This document shows positions 37,633 through 50,301 of a stretch of DNA of 64,000 nt, piece by piece. Source of the DNA: Malacoraja senta (taxonomy: Eukaryota); NCBI GenBank assembly GCA_038087875.1, contig CM075993.1, positions 11,100,001 to 11,164,000 of the forward strand, read 5' to 3'. Position numbers and translations under genes: made by a program. Under the pieces are notes generated by a model. The model made no database searches and was not told the DNA's origin. It was given only the letters and a program-made list of their open reading frames with translations. Each line of letters opens with the position of its first letter. Within the stretch, counting starts at the first letter, position 1.

Positions 37633-38410
37633 AATCATAGAGTGATACAGTGTGGAAACAGGCCCTTCGGCCCAACTTGCCCACTCCGGCCAACATGTCC
37701 TAGCTATACTAATCCCACTTGCCCGCGTTGGGTCCATATCCCTCCAAACCTGTCCTATCCATGTACCTGTCTAACTGTTTCTTAAATGTTGGGAGAGTCC
37801 TTGCCCCAACTACCTCCTCTGGCAGCTCGTTCCATACACCCACCACCCTTTGTGTGATAAAGTTACCCCTCAGATTCCTATTAAATCTGTTCCCCTTCAC
37901 CTTAAACCTATGTCCTCTGGACCTCGATTCACCTACTCTGGGCAAGAGACACTAATGAATCTACCCGATCTATTCCTCTCATGGAGTCTCTAGATTTAGC
38001 ACCATTTTCAGAATTAAGAACATAACAAAAATAAACATAGAAAATAGGTCCAGGAGTAGGCCATTCGACCCTTCAAGCCAGCACTGCCATCCAATATGAT
38101 CATGGCTGATCATCCCAAATCAGCACCCCGTTCCTGCTTTCTCCCCATATCCCTTGATTCCCTTAGCCCTAAGAGCTAAATCTAACACTCTCTTGAAAAC
38201 ATCCAGTGAATCGGACTCCACTGCCTTCTGTGGCAGAGAATTCCACAGATTCACAACTCTCTGGGTGAAAAGGTTTTTCCTCATCTCGGTCCAAAATGGC
38301 CTACCCCTTATTCTTAAACTGTGTGACCCTTGGTTCTGGACTCCCCCAACATGGGGAACATTTTTCCTGCATCTAGCCTGTCCAATCCCTTAAACCTTTT
38401 ATATGTTTAT
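37633..38410 (-). mobile_element. Two adjacent CR1 3' fragments of different subfamilies
   Basis: 3' UTR and ORF2-end motifs at ~37633-37983 and ~38033-38410. Confidence 0.8.
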
Positions 38411-38414
38411 AATG

Positions 38415-39850
38415 CATTATAAACTGGATTTATTGCTCTAATAATTGGGGGGGGGGGGGGGTTGATGTCTATTGTTACAATTTTTAAAATGACATCCATA
38501 TCCACTTCAGAACATGCAAAGAGCCATTATGTTGGAGAGAGAGAGAGAGAGTCCCCCTGCTTTATGGACCCTGTTGACATTCTCAAGATCAGCCCATTCC
38601 GTTTCCTCCGTCCGTCCAGCCCTCACACCACAGATTTTAATAGAAACCGGAGATAAGGCAGAAAATGCAAAACTCATTAAAATTAACTGTCCCAGTATTA
38701 TCAAGGGCTGAATCCACTTCAAAGAATCTTTAAAAAAAAATTTAACGGCAGCATGTCAGAAGAAAAAAAAAAGCAGCAAGTGGCTGATGTAATGTGTGGG
38801 GTATGTACATTCTGGGCTCATGTAGTTTCATCAAAATCTGACATGATTGGGTTTGTGACTGCTACAGGAAGTAATTTGAGATTATTTGAAGCCTGCCTGG
38901 GGATCTAAATTATTCTACACAGGAAAGTTATAATTTTAAGGGAAGCTCTCGCAAACGTGCATCAGTCTAATTAAACCAGTACAATGTAGGTCAAGCAAAA
39001 GCAGGTCTGCTTTGCACAATTCATTTGTTTAATAAGGTCTATAATAATTAATTTACACATGTACGGGTAATCTCCTAAAATTAAGGACCACTTTAAACTT
39101 AATCAAATTCCAATATGAAAATTCCTACCTGACCTGAAATCTTGCCATTGTTTCCCAGCCTGTTCTGAAGCTAATCTTCATTCTTTATATTCAACTATTT
39201 ACACAGTATCTGGAAGGGGGAATTGCGTCGTCTTTTATTGAAGGGGTATTTCATGCAATTCCCTCCGTTTATATAAAAAAAAGCCTTGTCTCGTTCTCTG
39301 CTCATTAGAGGGCTATACAGTGCCATTAATAAAAGGCTGAATTACCATACGTTATTGAGTATTATTTTGCATTGTGATCTCCGATTGTTAAAAAGGTCTC
39401 CCTCTTTGTTTCCTTGATCTGAAAGGCTTCTTCCCACTTTATCTTTTTATCAAAGGAGTATTTTACAATTTCACCTTGTTATAAAAATTCATTTCACAAC
39501 TCTCTACCCTAATAAAAGGAAATGTCACTGTTTATTTTTAGAAGGGTTCTCTGCGGTACTAAAGGGATTTTAGTCACATAACGATTTGTCCAGGGCCAGT
39601 TAACGGTTTAATATATTGTTAAAAGGAATTACTGGTTTATTATCAAACCAGCATTTTATATTATTTCCTCTGTTCGTAAAACCATGTTGTAACCACTGTT
39701 TATTGTGAAACAAATATTTGCTATGGCTTATTCCCATTGGGTTACCGCACATTATTTAATCTGATTAAATAAGTGTTTCCATCTTTATAATTAAGGGAGC
39801 AATTCGGAGTGTTTACTTTGGTTTAAAATACGTTCGTTTATCCTCATACT
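38415..39850. promoter_or_regulatory. Repeat-free AT-rich island, candidate conserved non-coding element
   Basis: Longest stretch without a recognisable TE; many TAAT/ATTA motifs; no convincing ORF. Confidence 0.35.
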
Positions 39851-39854
39851 TTTG

Positions 39855-40180
39855 GTTTTGTTTTGTTTAGAGATACAGCGCGGAATCAGGCCCTTCGGCC
39901 CACCGAGTCCGCGCCGACCCCGATCCCCGCACACTAACACTGTCCAACGCACACTAGGGACAGTTTACATTTATGCCAAATATGCAAACCCAAGCCAATG
40001 AACCGACAAACTTGTACGTCTTTGGAGTGTGGGAGGAAACTGAAGATCTCGGAGAAAACCCACGCAGGTCACGGGGAGAACGTACAAACTCCACATGGAC
40101 AGCACCCGTAGTTGGGATTGAATCCGAGTCTGCAAGCGCCTTAAGGCAGCAACTCTACCGCTGCGCCACCGTGCGGCCCT
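39855..40180 (-). mobile_element. Full-length HE1-type SINE
   Basis: Reverse complement of the SINE consensus. Confidence 0.85.
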
Positions 40181-40457
40181 TCATTTTTTGTCAACATTTC
40201 CAACATGGTCAGGACAGGTTTGGAGGGATATGGGCCAAATGCGGGCAGGTGGGACTAGTGTAGCTGGGATATGTTAGCCAGTGTGGGCAAGTTGGGCCGA
40301 AGGGCCTGTTTCCACGCTGTATGATTCTATGACTCTATGATTATGACTAATGTTTCATTAGATATCTGGATACATCTCGCTCCATGGACAGGGTGGATTT
40401 GTCAGAGATGAGATGATGAGACTCTACAGGAGGTGCGTCAGGAATCCTCAACGCGGA

Positions 40458-40775
40458 TGGCAGAACAGCAGAACGGTAGAGTTGTTGCCTTACAGCTTGT
40501 TCAGGGCCGGAGGCCCGGGTTCGATCCTGACCACGGGTGCTGTTTGTATGGAGTTTGTACGTTCTCCCCGTGACCCTCGTGGGTTTTCTCCGGGTGCCCC
40601 GGTTTCCTCCCACACTCCAAAGACATACAGATTTGTAGGTTAACTGGCTTGGTAAAATTGTAATTTGTCTCCAGTGTGTGTAGGATAGCGTTAGCGTTAG
40701 CTGGTACCGACTCGGTGGGCCGAAGGGCCTGTTTCTGTGCTGTATCTCTAAACTAAACTAAACTAAACCAAACTC
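40458..40775 (+). mobile_element. HE1-type SINE
   Basis: B box GTTCGATCC, V-domain, tail. Confidence 0.8.
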
Positions 40776-42096
40776 ATCTTATGAATTCTCATGACATCAT
40801 CTATTCTTGATCACCACTCTCTGCCGTCATCTCACCTGATGCATCATTTCTCTTCCGAGCCGAACAACACTTGGAAGAAGTACTGAGGGACGCACCGATT
40901 ACCCTGTGGGTGGGGAGCTCAATGTCCGACACCATCAGTAGCTTGATGGTACCATCATTCACCAGACTAGCCGAGTCCTGGTGATGTGTCTCCCTGTAGA
41001 TTCTATGCCACACAAGAGACAAGTATTTGACTTCACTCTCACTAAATATAGATGTAGATGTAGGTACTTCGACAAACACCCCTTCCTCTCCCCTTGCTCT
41101 TCCATCTCCCCCATCCCCCTCACTCCCTTCCTCCATTAATGGCCGGTTAACAAGTTCCCCAGTTCCCAATCATGTATCCATCTTGGAATCACACCATCCC
41201 TCGCCAACAATCAGCCCATCAGGGAACCTCCCTGATTCAGGTCATCGGTTGCCGCGCCTCATTTGTCCTGGTCTTTTCTTGCTTCCAGTCCCACCCTCCG
41301 CTCGCCTTTAGTCAGTCCGAAGAAGGGCCCCGACCCGAAACATCACCTATCCGTGTTCTCCAGAGATGCTGCCTGGCCCACTGAGTTACTCCAACATTTT
41401 GTGCCTGTCTTTAAATGCCCATGGTTGCTTTTGTCGAAATGGCCATCGCACGTGTGTGGAGGCAGTCTCTCTTCAGGAAATCTCATGAGAGTGGGACAAC
41501 CACTGTGCTAAGTATCGTTCAGGTCCATGTAGTCTGGGCTGTCACCACCAGTGGCATTATAACCCATCGTAATCTATAACCGCAAGGCCAATCATGTCCC
41601 TCCCTCTCTATCATGAAGCTTGGGAGAGATGGGAGCTCAGGGAGATGAACAAAAATGGAGTGTCCACCAGATAAAGACACAAAAGTTGGGGGCGTACAGT
41701 AGCGCAGCGTTAGAGTAGCTGCCATACAGCGCCAGAGACCCAGGTTCAATCCTGACTATGAGTGCTTTCTGTATAGAGTTTGTACGTTCTCCCCATGACC
41801 TGAGTGGGTTTCCTCCAGGAGCTCTGGTTTCTCCCCACATTCCAAGACGTACGTACAGGTTTGCAGGTTGGTAGACACTAAATGCTGGAGTAATGCAGCG
41901 GGTCAGGCAGCATCTCTGGAGAACAGGAATAGGTGACATTTCGGGTTGAGACCCTTCTTAATTGGTTTTGGTAAAAGTGTAAATTGTCCCGCGAGTATAA
42001 AAAAGTGCAAGTGTGAGGGCTGATCGGTGGTCGGGTGGACTCGGTGGACCAAAGGGCCTGTTTCCACGCTGTATCTCTAAACTGAACTCAATAAAC

Positions 42097-42125
42097 CTGA
42101 AGAAGGGTCTCGACCCGAAATGTCG
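42097..42125 (+). ncRNA. Minimal hammerhead ribozyme motif
   Basis: CTGAAGA-A-GGGTC-TC-GACCC-GAAAT-GTC. Confidence 0.55.
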
Positions 42126-42404
42126 CCCCCCTTTCCTCCAGAGATGCTGCCTGTCCTGCTGAATGACTCCAGCATTTGTGTCTATCTTCTACAAAATCCA
42201 ACTGGTAAGTGACCACCCAATCGGTCTACTCTCAATCACTAGTGACGTGATGGAAGCCACCAGCTGGCACTACCCACCAGCCACCCATCGCCAATGACCA
42301 GTGTTGGTTTTGCCCGGCTCGCTCCACTCTGCCCTCTTCACCCTTAGTCCAAACATGGGTTAACGGGCTGAATGACAGAGACAGGGTGAGAAGTCCCCTC
42401 GGAC

Positions 42405-43212
42405 TCAATCAATCAAAATGATAGCAGGCAGCCTTGGAAGCCTTACCCCACTACTCAAACCTCATGTCAAAAACATTGGCGTGATATTTGACTCAGCACT
42501 GAAATTTGACAAACAAGTCAACACCGTGGTAAAAGCTAGCTTCTTTCAGCTTCGGACGATAGCTAAAATAAAACAATTCCTCCACTTTGATGACCTCGAA
42601 AAGATCATCCACACATTCATCTCCTCCCGCCTAGATTACTGCAACTCCCTTTACACTGGCATCAGCCAATCTTCCCTGTCCCGCCTGCAACTGGTCCAAA
42701 ACGCCGCAGCGAGACTCCAGACGGGCACCCGAAAAAGGGACCACATCACCCGATCCTGGTCTCTCGCCACTGGCTCCCTGTGCGGTTCCGTATACATTTC
42801 AAGATCCTCCTCTCTGTCTACAAAGCCCTCAATGGGCTTGCCCCCACCTACATTAAAAGTCTTCTCACCCACCACTCCACCTCCAGGTCCCTCAGATCGG
42901 CCGACTTGGGGTTGCTGAATATCCCACGGTCTAGGCATAAGCTCAGGGGCGACCGCGCCTTTGCGGTTGCAGCTCCTAGACTGTGGAACAGCATCCCCTT
43001 CCCATCAGAACCGCCCCCTCCATCGACTCCTTTAAGTCAAGACTAAAACCTTATCTATACTCCCAAGCCTTTCTTGACATCCTCTGAGCGAGGGCTATAT
43101 GTATATATGTATGTAGTTTGTTTGTTTATATTATTCTTATAACAAATGTAAAGCACTTTGGCCAACGAGAGTTGTTTTTTAAATGTGCTATATAAATAAA
43201 TGTGACTTGACT
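42405..43212 (+). mobile_element. L2-clade LINE 3' fragment
   Basis: VKNIGVIFDSAL..SRLDYCNSLY..LQLVQNAAAR..GDRAFAVAAPRLWN across frameshifts; tail AAAGCACTTTG..ATAAATAAA(TGACT)n. Confidence 0.9.
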
Positions 43213-44766
43213 CTCAGCCTTAAGAAGGGTCTTGGCCCAAAACGCCGTCCATTCCTTCTCTCCAGAGATGCTGCCTGACCCGCTGGGTTACTCCAGCATT
43301 TGGTGTCTAATTCCAACATTAATTGGGTGTTGCTTGTTCAGAGTTTTGAGATATAGCATGGAAAGAGGGCCATTCAGCCCACTGTCCACACCAACCATCG
43401 ATCACCCATTCATACTAGCTCAACATTATCCCCATTTTGCTACCACTCCCTACACACTAGGGACAATTTACAGAGGCCAATTAACCTACAAACACGCACG
43501 CCTCTGGGATAGGTCTTATTCATTAGTGATAGGAGCAGAATTAGGCCATTCGGCCCATCGTGTTTACTCCGCCATTCAACCATGGCTGATCTAAATCTCT
43601 CTCCTAACCCCATTCTCCTGCCTTTCTCCCCATAACCCCTGACACTCCTACTAATCAAGAATCTATCTATCTCTGCCTTAAATATATCTACTGACTTTGC
43701 CTTCACAGCCGTCCGTGGCAATGGATTCCACAGATTCACCACCCTCTGACTAAAGAAATGTCTCCTCAACTACTTCCTAAAGGAATGTCCTTTTATTCTG
43801 CGGCTATGACCTCTGGTCCTAGACTGGATTGGGATGTGGGAGGAAACCCGGAGGAAACCCAGGCGGACATGGCGAGAACGTGCAAACTCCACACAGACAG
43901 CACTGGAGGTCAGGATCGAACCTGGGTCTCTGGCGCTTTGAGGCAGATGCTCTACCCGCTGCGCCACCGGGCTCTCCTTGGCAATTAAATGTATAGGTAA
44001 CCCTTTACCTCTGGGTCTTTCAATCTGTATACGATGACATGAAAGGAAAATGTTGCACTTTTTACCCAGTTACTAATCCTGCCGTGTTGTGTGGAAGCAG
44101 TCAGCTCGTTTTTTCTGCACCAAAATTCATACAATTTCTCCAATGTTAAATTGAGTAATTATATCCAGGAATGGTTACACATCTCATTAAGTTGCCGAGG
44201 TTAATATGCTGAAACTTGGAATTTTTAAAATTAATTTCTGTCCGTGTGATATTCATTAGATGCAGGAAATAGACGAGGCTTTTAAAAGCAAAACATCAGC
44301 AAAGATTATAAAAGATATTTGGAATAAATATCAGGGTGCAGTTCTGCTGAGAGATGGCCATGGTGCTTAGGACTGTACTGTGCGATCTCTCTTGTAGTTA
44401 AATGCTCAGTTAAAGTGGAACTGATGTGGTGATAAAGCACCTAACTAGCCCCTATTAACCGCTCCTGATCCAAACCCAATCGATTGATTGATATTTTATT
44501 ATCCCATGGGACATGTCTCAGTGAAATTCTTTGATACACAAGGTATGCAAAGAGTCGCCACGTATAGGGCGGCGACAATGTTACAAATGGGCGGCACGGT
44601 GTCACTGCGGTAGAGTTGCTGTCTTACAGCGCCAGAGACCGGGTTCCATCCTGACTACGGGTGCTGTCTGTACGGAGTTTGTACCTTCACCCTGTGACCA
44701 CGTGGGTTTTCTCTGGGTGCTCCGGTTTCCTCCCACACTCCAAAGACATAAGCATTTGTAGGTTAA

Positions 44767-45095
44767 TAACCCTGTCCCACGGTACGAGTTCATTCCAAGA
44801 GCTCTCCCGAGTTTAAAAAAAATCAAACTCGCGGTAAGCACGGAGAATGAACGTAGGGGTACGTCGGAGCGCGGGGACGTCTCTTAGCGGCTCGTAACGC
44901 TAACGGCAGGTACTCGGGAGGACTCGCTAATGGCAGGTAAACACTGGAAGACTCGTGAACATTTTTCAACATGTTAAAAAATGTCCACGAGAGCCCCGAG
45001 TACAGACGAGTGGTCATTACCGTAAATCTCCGAGTTCGAATCAGGGCAAACTCGGGGGAACTCATGGAATGAACTCGTACCGTGGGACAGTGGTT
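44767..45095. mobile_element. Harbinger-type MITE inserted in a SINE (44589-45365)
   Basis: ~48-bp TIR ..CTGTCCCACGGTACGAGTTCATTCCA..; TAA TSD at 44764-66/45096-98. Confidence 0.85.
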
Positions 45096-45158
45096 TAATT
45101 GTCTTCGGTAGAAATTGTAAATTGTCGCTAGTGTTTGGGATCGTGCTAGCGTACGGGG

Positions 45159-45296
45159 GGAGATTGCCACCTTGACGTGGTCCGCCCTGTTTCGACGAAT
45201 GCAATCAACCTGTCGTGCACAATCAAATAAGATCAAATAGAACAAGTTGTCCTACAACTTTAGACTGTGCAGGCCACACGCCAGAAGAAGAAGAAG
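45159..45296 (+). mobile_element. Short retroposed insert with an (AGA)n tail in the same SINE
   Basis: Interrupts the SINE 3' region; ends CCAGAAGAAGAAGAAG. Confidence 0.5.
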
Positions 45297-45436
45297 TTAC
45301 AGGGATCGCTGTTCGGTGCGGACTCGGTGGCCTGGAGGGGCCTGTTTCTGCGCTGCATCGTTAAAGTTTGTCTAAAGAGCATCACGTACAGGATATCACA
45401 GGGAAGGAGACTGGGCATTCGGCCCACTTGCCCAGT

Positions 45437-45467
45437 CTGAAGAAGGGTCTCGACCTGAAACGTCACC
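45437..45467 (+). ncRNA. Minimal hammerhead ribozyme motif
   Basis: CTGAAGA-A-GGGTC-TC-GACCT-GAAAC-GTC with palindromic ACGT stem III and a GUC cleavage triplet. Confidence 0.6.
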
Positions 45468-46291
45468 CATTCCTTCTCACCAGAGATGCTGCCTGTCCCG
45501 CTGAGTTACTCCAGCATTTTGTGTCTATCTTCAGTTTTAACCAGTATCTGCGGTTCCTTCCTACACATGATTTATTGATAATACTTTCTCTGCTTCAGTT
45601 ATAGTAAGGTAAGTCAGGTCATATCGCACAAGAATGCTGAGGTACGATGAAATATGTTGCAGGTAGCAGCATCAGACAAGAAAGACCGCTGTGCAAAAAA
45701 CAAGACATTAGTGCAAAAATCTATATTAGGAAATATTAAACAAGTCCATGGTGGAATCTGCAACAGACATTTTTTGCATCACCATATTTATTTTCGGATT
45801 TCAAGTTAATAAGTTAATCAGAATGTCCCCAGAATTGGATAAAGGAACAAAAGTTGTAAAACCAAGTCAGTAGATAAGGGTTGACACAAAAAGCTGGAGT
45901 AACTCAGTGGGACAGGCAGCATCTCTGGAGAGAAGGAATGGGTGACGTTTCGGTTCTTCAGATAGATAGGGACGACTGGAAAAGGAAGACAAAAAGGGTG
46001 TCAGACAAGGAGAGAAGGGGAGGAGTGGGGAATGCATAACTAGAATGAGGCATATGGGTGCAAGGGGGACAGGGGAGAGGGTAAAGAGAAGAGATGAAAG
46101 GCAATTGTGGTACTTGAGGATAGGAGATGGGTAACACAGTCACGTGGTTTTCTCCGGGAGCTCCGGTTTCCTCCCACACTCCAAAGACGTACAGGCCTGT
46201 AGGTTAATTGGATTCTGTAAAATTGTAAATTGCCCCTAGTGTGTCGAATAGTGCTAGTGTACGGGGTGATCGCAGGTCGCCGCTGACTCGG

Positions 46292-46733
46292 TGTGTGAAT
46301 TGCTCGTATCTAAGCTTCCCCCCAGTCTAGTTTCAGTCCAAAAACCACTGAATCAAGCACTTGATCAACTAATCTTTATTTTGACAAAACACAATTACAG
46401 TTCAACCACTGTACCTATCCCACCGTGGGTTCGATCCTCGTATCTGCCTGCTCAAGCCCTCTAGGCCTCGCTCAAACAGAGACACTCCAGAAGGTCACGC
46501 AGTCCTAAACGCTCTCCCAGAAGATCGACGCTGGACCTCGTGGTAGCGGACTTTTATAGGTCCCGGGACCTCGAGGGGCCGAACCACATGGGGGTGGTCT
46601 CTGAACAATCCAATTGCAGATATCGATTAACCCCATACATAACAGACATGTCCCAATAATAACCCAATAATACATCAGCTCAATACATTGTATTCAAACA
46701 GGGCCTCTCTCGGAGGAAGCAAACTTAGCAACA
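46292..46733 (-). mobile_element. Probable solo LTR
   Basis: TG..CA ends; on the minus strand CCAAT box (~46612), then TATAAAA (46558-52), then AATAAA (46380-75); no TSD found. Confidence 0.5.
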
Positions 46734-46899
46734 TTTACCCTGATCTGCAAGAAAACCAAGTACTGACAAGGGACGCTGGCCATGGGGGAGAGATGATGGG
46801 GGCCTGTTGGGTTGTGAGTTACCCAACGCAGAATATGAGGTGCTGTACCTCCAGTTTAGAATATTTGTTAAGTGAAGGAATTGAAACATGGGGAAGAGT

Positions 46900-47160
46900 A
46901 GATACGTTACGATACGATACGATAGAACCTTATTTTTCTCAGGAGGGGAATTGAACTGCCAACAATCCTAAAACACAAAATACATGAAACATGAAATTAA
47001 AGTGACGAGTGGAAAGGATTGGGGATGTGCAAAGATTGGAGGGGTGGTGGTGGGGGGGGGGGAGGGGGGGGGGTCAGTCTGCCCCACGACAGAAGGGGGA
47101 GGAGTTGTACAGTTTGATAGCCGCAGGGAAGAAGGATCTCCTGTGGCGTTCTGTCCTGCG
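46900..47160 (-). mobile_element. Rex1/Babar-like 3' end
   Basis: Minus frame RTERHRRSFFPAAIKLYNSSP; (TATCG)n tail; related piece at 7810-7950. Confidence 0.65.
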
Positions 47161-47349
47161 TTCTGTACTAACGTTCGGCCCACCGTGTCCGCGCCGACCC
47201 AGCGATCATCCCGTACAATGGCACTATCCTACACACTAGGGACAATTCACAATTTACAGAAGCCAATTAACCTACGAAACTATGGAGTGTGGAAGGAAAC
47301 CAGAGCACCTGGAGGAAACCCATACGGTCGCTGGCAGAACGTACAAACT

Positions 47350-47692
47350 GTTAAATCCGATGCTGGGTTGGGTGAGGCGGGGTGGGGGGTGTGAGGGGCA
47401 AGGCATATCTCCATTTTTCTTTTTTTCTTATTCTTCTATCTTTCTGCCACACTGCTTTGGTAGTTTAGGGGAGTTTTTCTTGTTCTCCTTTATCCTTTCA
47501 CTTTTTACTTCTTTTCTTTCTTGCTTTTTTTTTCTTTCCTTTTTATAATTTAGGTTATAAGGTTAAAAATGAAGCTGTACAATAATTGTATCATTTTAGA
47601 TGCCGAATGTTTTATCCGTGTACAATTGCTTCTAATAAAATAAAATATAAAAATAATAAAAAATAATAAAAATAAAAGCAAATGTAATAAAA
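47350..47692 (+). mobile_element. A-tailed L1-type 3' UTR insert in a SINE
   Basis: 14-bp TSD AGAACGTACAAACT at 47336-49/47693-706; AATAAA followed by an A-rich tail. Confidence 0.75.
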
Positions 47693-48439
47693 AGAACGTA
47701 CAAACTCCATACAGACAGCACCCGAGGTCAGGATCGAACCCGGGTCTCGGGCACTGCGAGTATAAAGCAATTTTATTGGGTAAAAGCAGCAAAACAATTT
47801 CAATGGAGACAAAAGAAACTGCAGACGTTGGCAGCTTGGCTAAAACACAAAGTGCTGGAGGAACTCAGTGGGTCAAGCAGCATCTGTGGAGGGAATGGAC
47901 AGGAAATGTTTCAGGCTGGGACCCTTCTTCATTCTGATAGGAGTAGGAGGGAGAAAACTCTTTCACTGGTGAGGAATCCTACACGAGAGAATAAAATCTC
48001 AAGTTTAATGTCGTTCAGAGATACAACAGGGAAACAGGCCCTTCGGCCCACCGAGTCTGCACCGACCAGCAGTCCCTGCACCGGCACTATCAGACATGCA
48101 CCAGGGACAATTACATTTTTTTTTACCAAAGTCAATTAACCCACAAACCTGTACGTCTTTGGAGTGTGAGAGGAAACCAGAGCACCCAGAGAAAACCCAC
48201 ACGGTCACGGGGAGAACGTACAAACTCTGTACAGACAGCGTCCATAGTCAGGATCGAACCCGGGTCTCCGGTGCTGCAAGGCAGCAACTCTCATTAGGAA
48301 CAGCCTCAAAATTAAAAACAAGCTGAGTTTTTCCCCAAAGGCAGGGGGTGGAATGGCAAGGAAAGACCAGAGCTTCTGGAGTCAGGTTAGCTTGTCCAAG
48401 TTTTGTACCTGGATCAGACGGTAAATAGAGAGGGAGTTG

Positions 48440-48730
48440 AGGGCGGCACAGCGGTAGAGTTGCTGCCTCACAGCGCCAGAGACCCGGGTTCGATCCTGAC
48501 TACGGGTGCTGTCGGTACGGAGTTTGTACGTTTTCCCCGTGACTGCGTGGGTTTCCTCCGGGTGCTCAGGTTTCCTTCAACATTCAAAGCTGTACAGGTT
48601 TGTAGGTTAATTGGCTTCTGTAAATTTCCCTCAGTGTGCAGAGTAGAAAGAACAAGTGTACAGGGGATCGATGGGCAGTATGGGCTCGGTGGGCCGAAGG
48701 GCCCATTTCCACGCTGCAACTCTCAACTAT
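48440..48730 (+). mobile_element. HE1-type SINE
   Basis: A and B boxes, V-domain. Confidence 0.8.
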
Positions 48731-48867
48731 CAACAGCTATCAACAGCATGTTAGAACTGGACAGACGCAAAGTGCTGGAGTAACTCAGCCGGTCAGGCAG
48801 AGTCTCTGGAGATAAAGGTATAGGTGGTGCTTCAGTTCGGGACCTTCGAACGAGGAAAGATTAAAAA

Positions 48868-49970
48868 GACTAGGCTTGTATTCACTGGAGTTTAGAAGGA
48901 TGAGGGGGGGGTCTTATAGAAACATATAACATTATAAAAGGAATGGACAAGCTAGATGCAGGAAAAATGTTCCCAATGTTGGGCGAGTCCAGAACCAGGG
49001 GCCACAGTCTTAGAATAAAGGGGAGGCCATTTAAGACTGAGGTGAGAAAAAACTTTTTCACCCAGAGAGTTGTGAATTTATGGAATTCCCTGCCACAGAG
49101 GGCAGTGGAGGCCAAGTCACTGGATGGATTTAAGAGAGAGTTAGATAGAGCTCGAGGGGCTGGTGGGGTCAAGGGATATGGGGAGAAGGCAGGCACGGGT
49201 TATTGATAGGGGACGATCAGCCGTGATCACAATGAATGGCGGTGCTGGCTCGAAGGGCCGAATGGCCTCCTCCTGCACCTATTTTCTATGTTTCTATGTT
49301 TCTATGGGACCCTTCTTGAGGCAAAAGGGTGTTAGTTCTAGGAGTACAGGTGCATGGTTCCTTAAAGGTGGAGTCGCAGGTAGATAGGGAAGTCAAAAAG
49401 GCTTTTGGCACTTTGGCCTTCATCAATCAGAGAATTGAGTAAAGAAGATGGGAGGTCATGTAGAAGACGTTGGTGAGACCTCAATTAGAGTGTTGCGTTC
49501 AGTTCTGGGCACCATGTTATAGGAAAGATATTGTCATGTTGGAAAGGGTGCGGAGAAGATTTACGAGGATGCTGCCAGCGCTAGTGGGTGTGAGCTATAG
49601 GGAGAGGTTGAGAAGGCTGGGATTCTATTCCTCGGAGCACAGGAGGATGAGGGTTGACCTTACAGAGGTATATAATAGATAGGGTAGATGCACGGAATCT
49701 CTTGGCCAGAGTAGGGGAATCGAGGACCAGAGATTTAATAAGATTTTACCTTTCCACACAAAGGGCGGTGGGTGTATGGAACAAGCTGTCGGAGGAGGTA
49801 GTTGAGGTTGGGACTATCCCATTATTTCAAGAAAGAAGTAGACAGGTACATGGATAGGACAGGTTTGGAGGGGTGTGGGCTAAACGCGGGCGGGTGGGAC
49901 TAATGTAGCTGGGACATGTTGGCAAGTTGGGCTGAAGGGCCTGTTTCCACACTGTATGACTCTATGACTC
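48868..49970 (+). mobile_element. Two consecutive CR1 3' fragments
   Basis: ORFs 48943..49206 and 49470..49682 are CR1 ORF2 ends with distinct 3' UTRs. Confidence 0.85.
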
Positions 49971-50301
49971 GATAAGGACAGAAGAGGAGAAGTGAAATGT
50001 AAAGCCAGGAGGCACATGGACAACAGTGAATCATCCCGTGTGGAGGTGGTGAGGCTCGCAGTGGGCATTGGCACAGAGAGCCATGGAAGCATCCCTCACG
50101 AGATAATGTGAAGGCTCAGATAGGCACAAAAAGCTGGAGTAACTCAGCGGGACAGGCAGCATCTCTGGAGAGAAGGAACGGGTGACATTTTGGGTCGAGG
50201 CCCTTTTTCAGACTGTGAAGGCTTCCCGTCCTGCATTCAATGTAAATCACAGCATGTGTGCTGTCAGTGAGTGGCTCTACCAGTGTGTGTGTGTGTGCGT
50301 G

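Noticed and set aside
39126..39210. Possible minus-strand exon (CCCCCTTCCAG acceptor, CAG/GT donors)
   Set aside because: Stops in all three frames; no support as a coding exon
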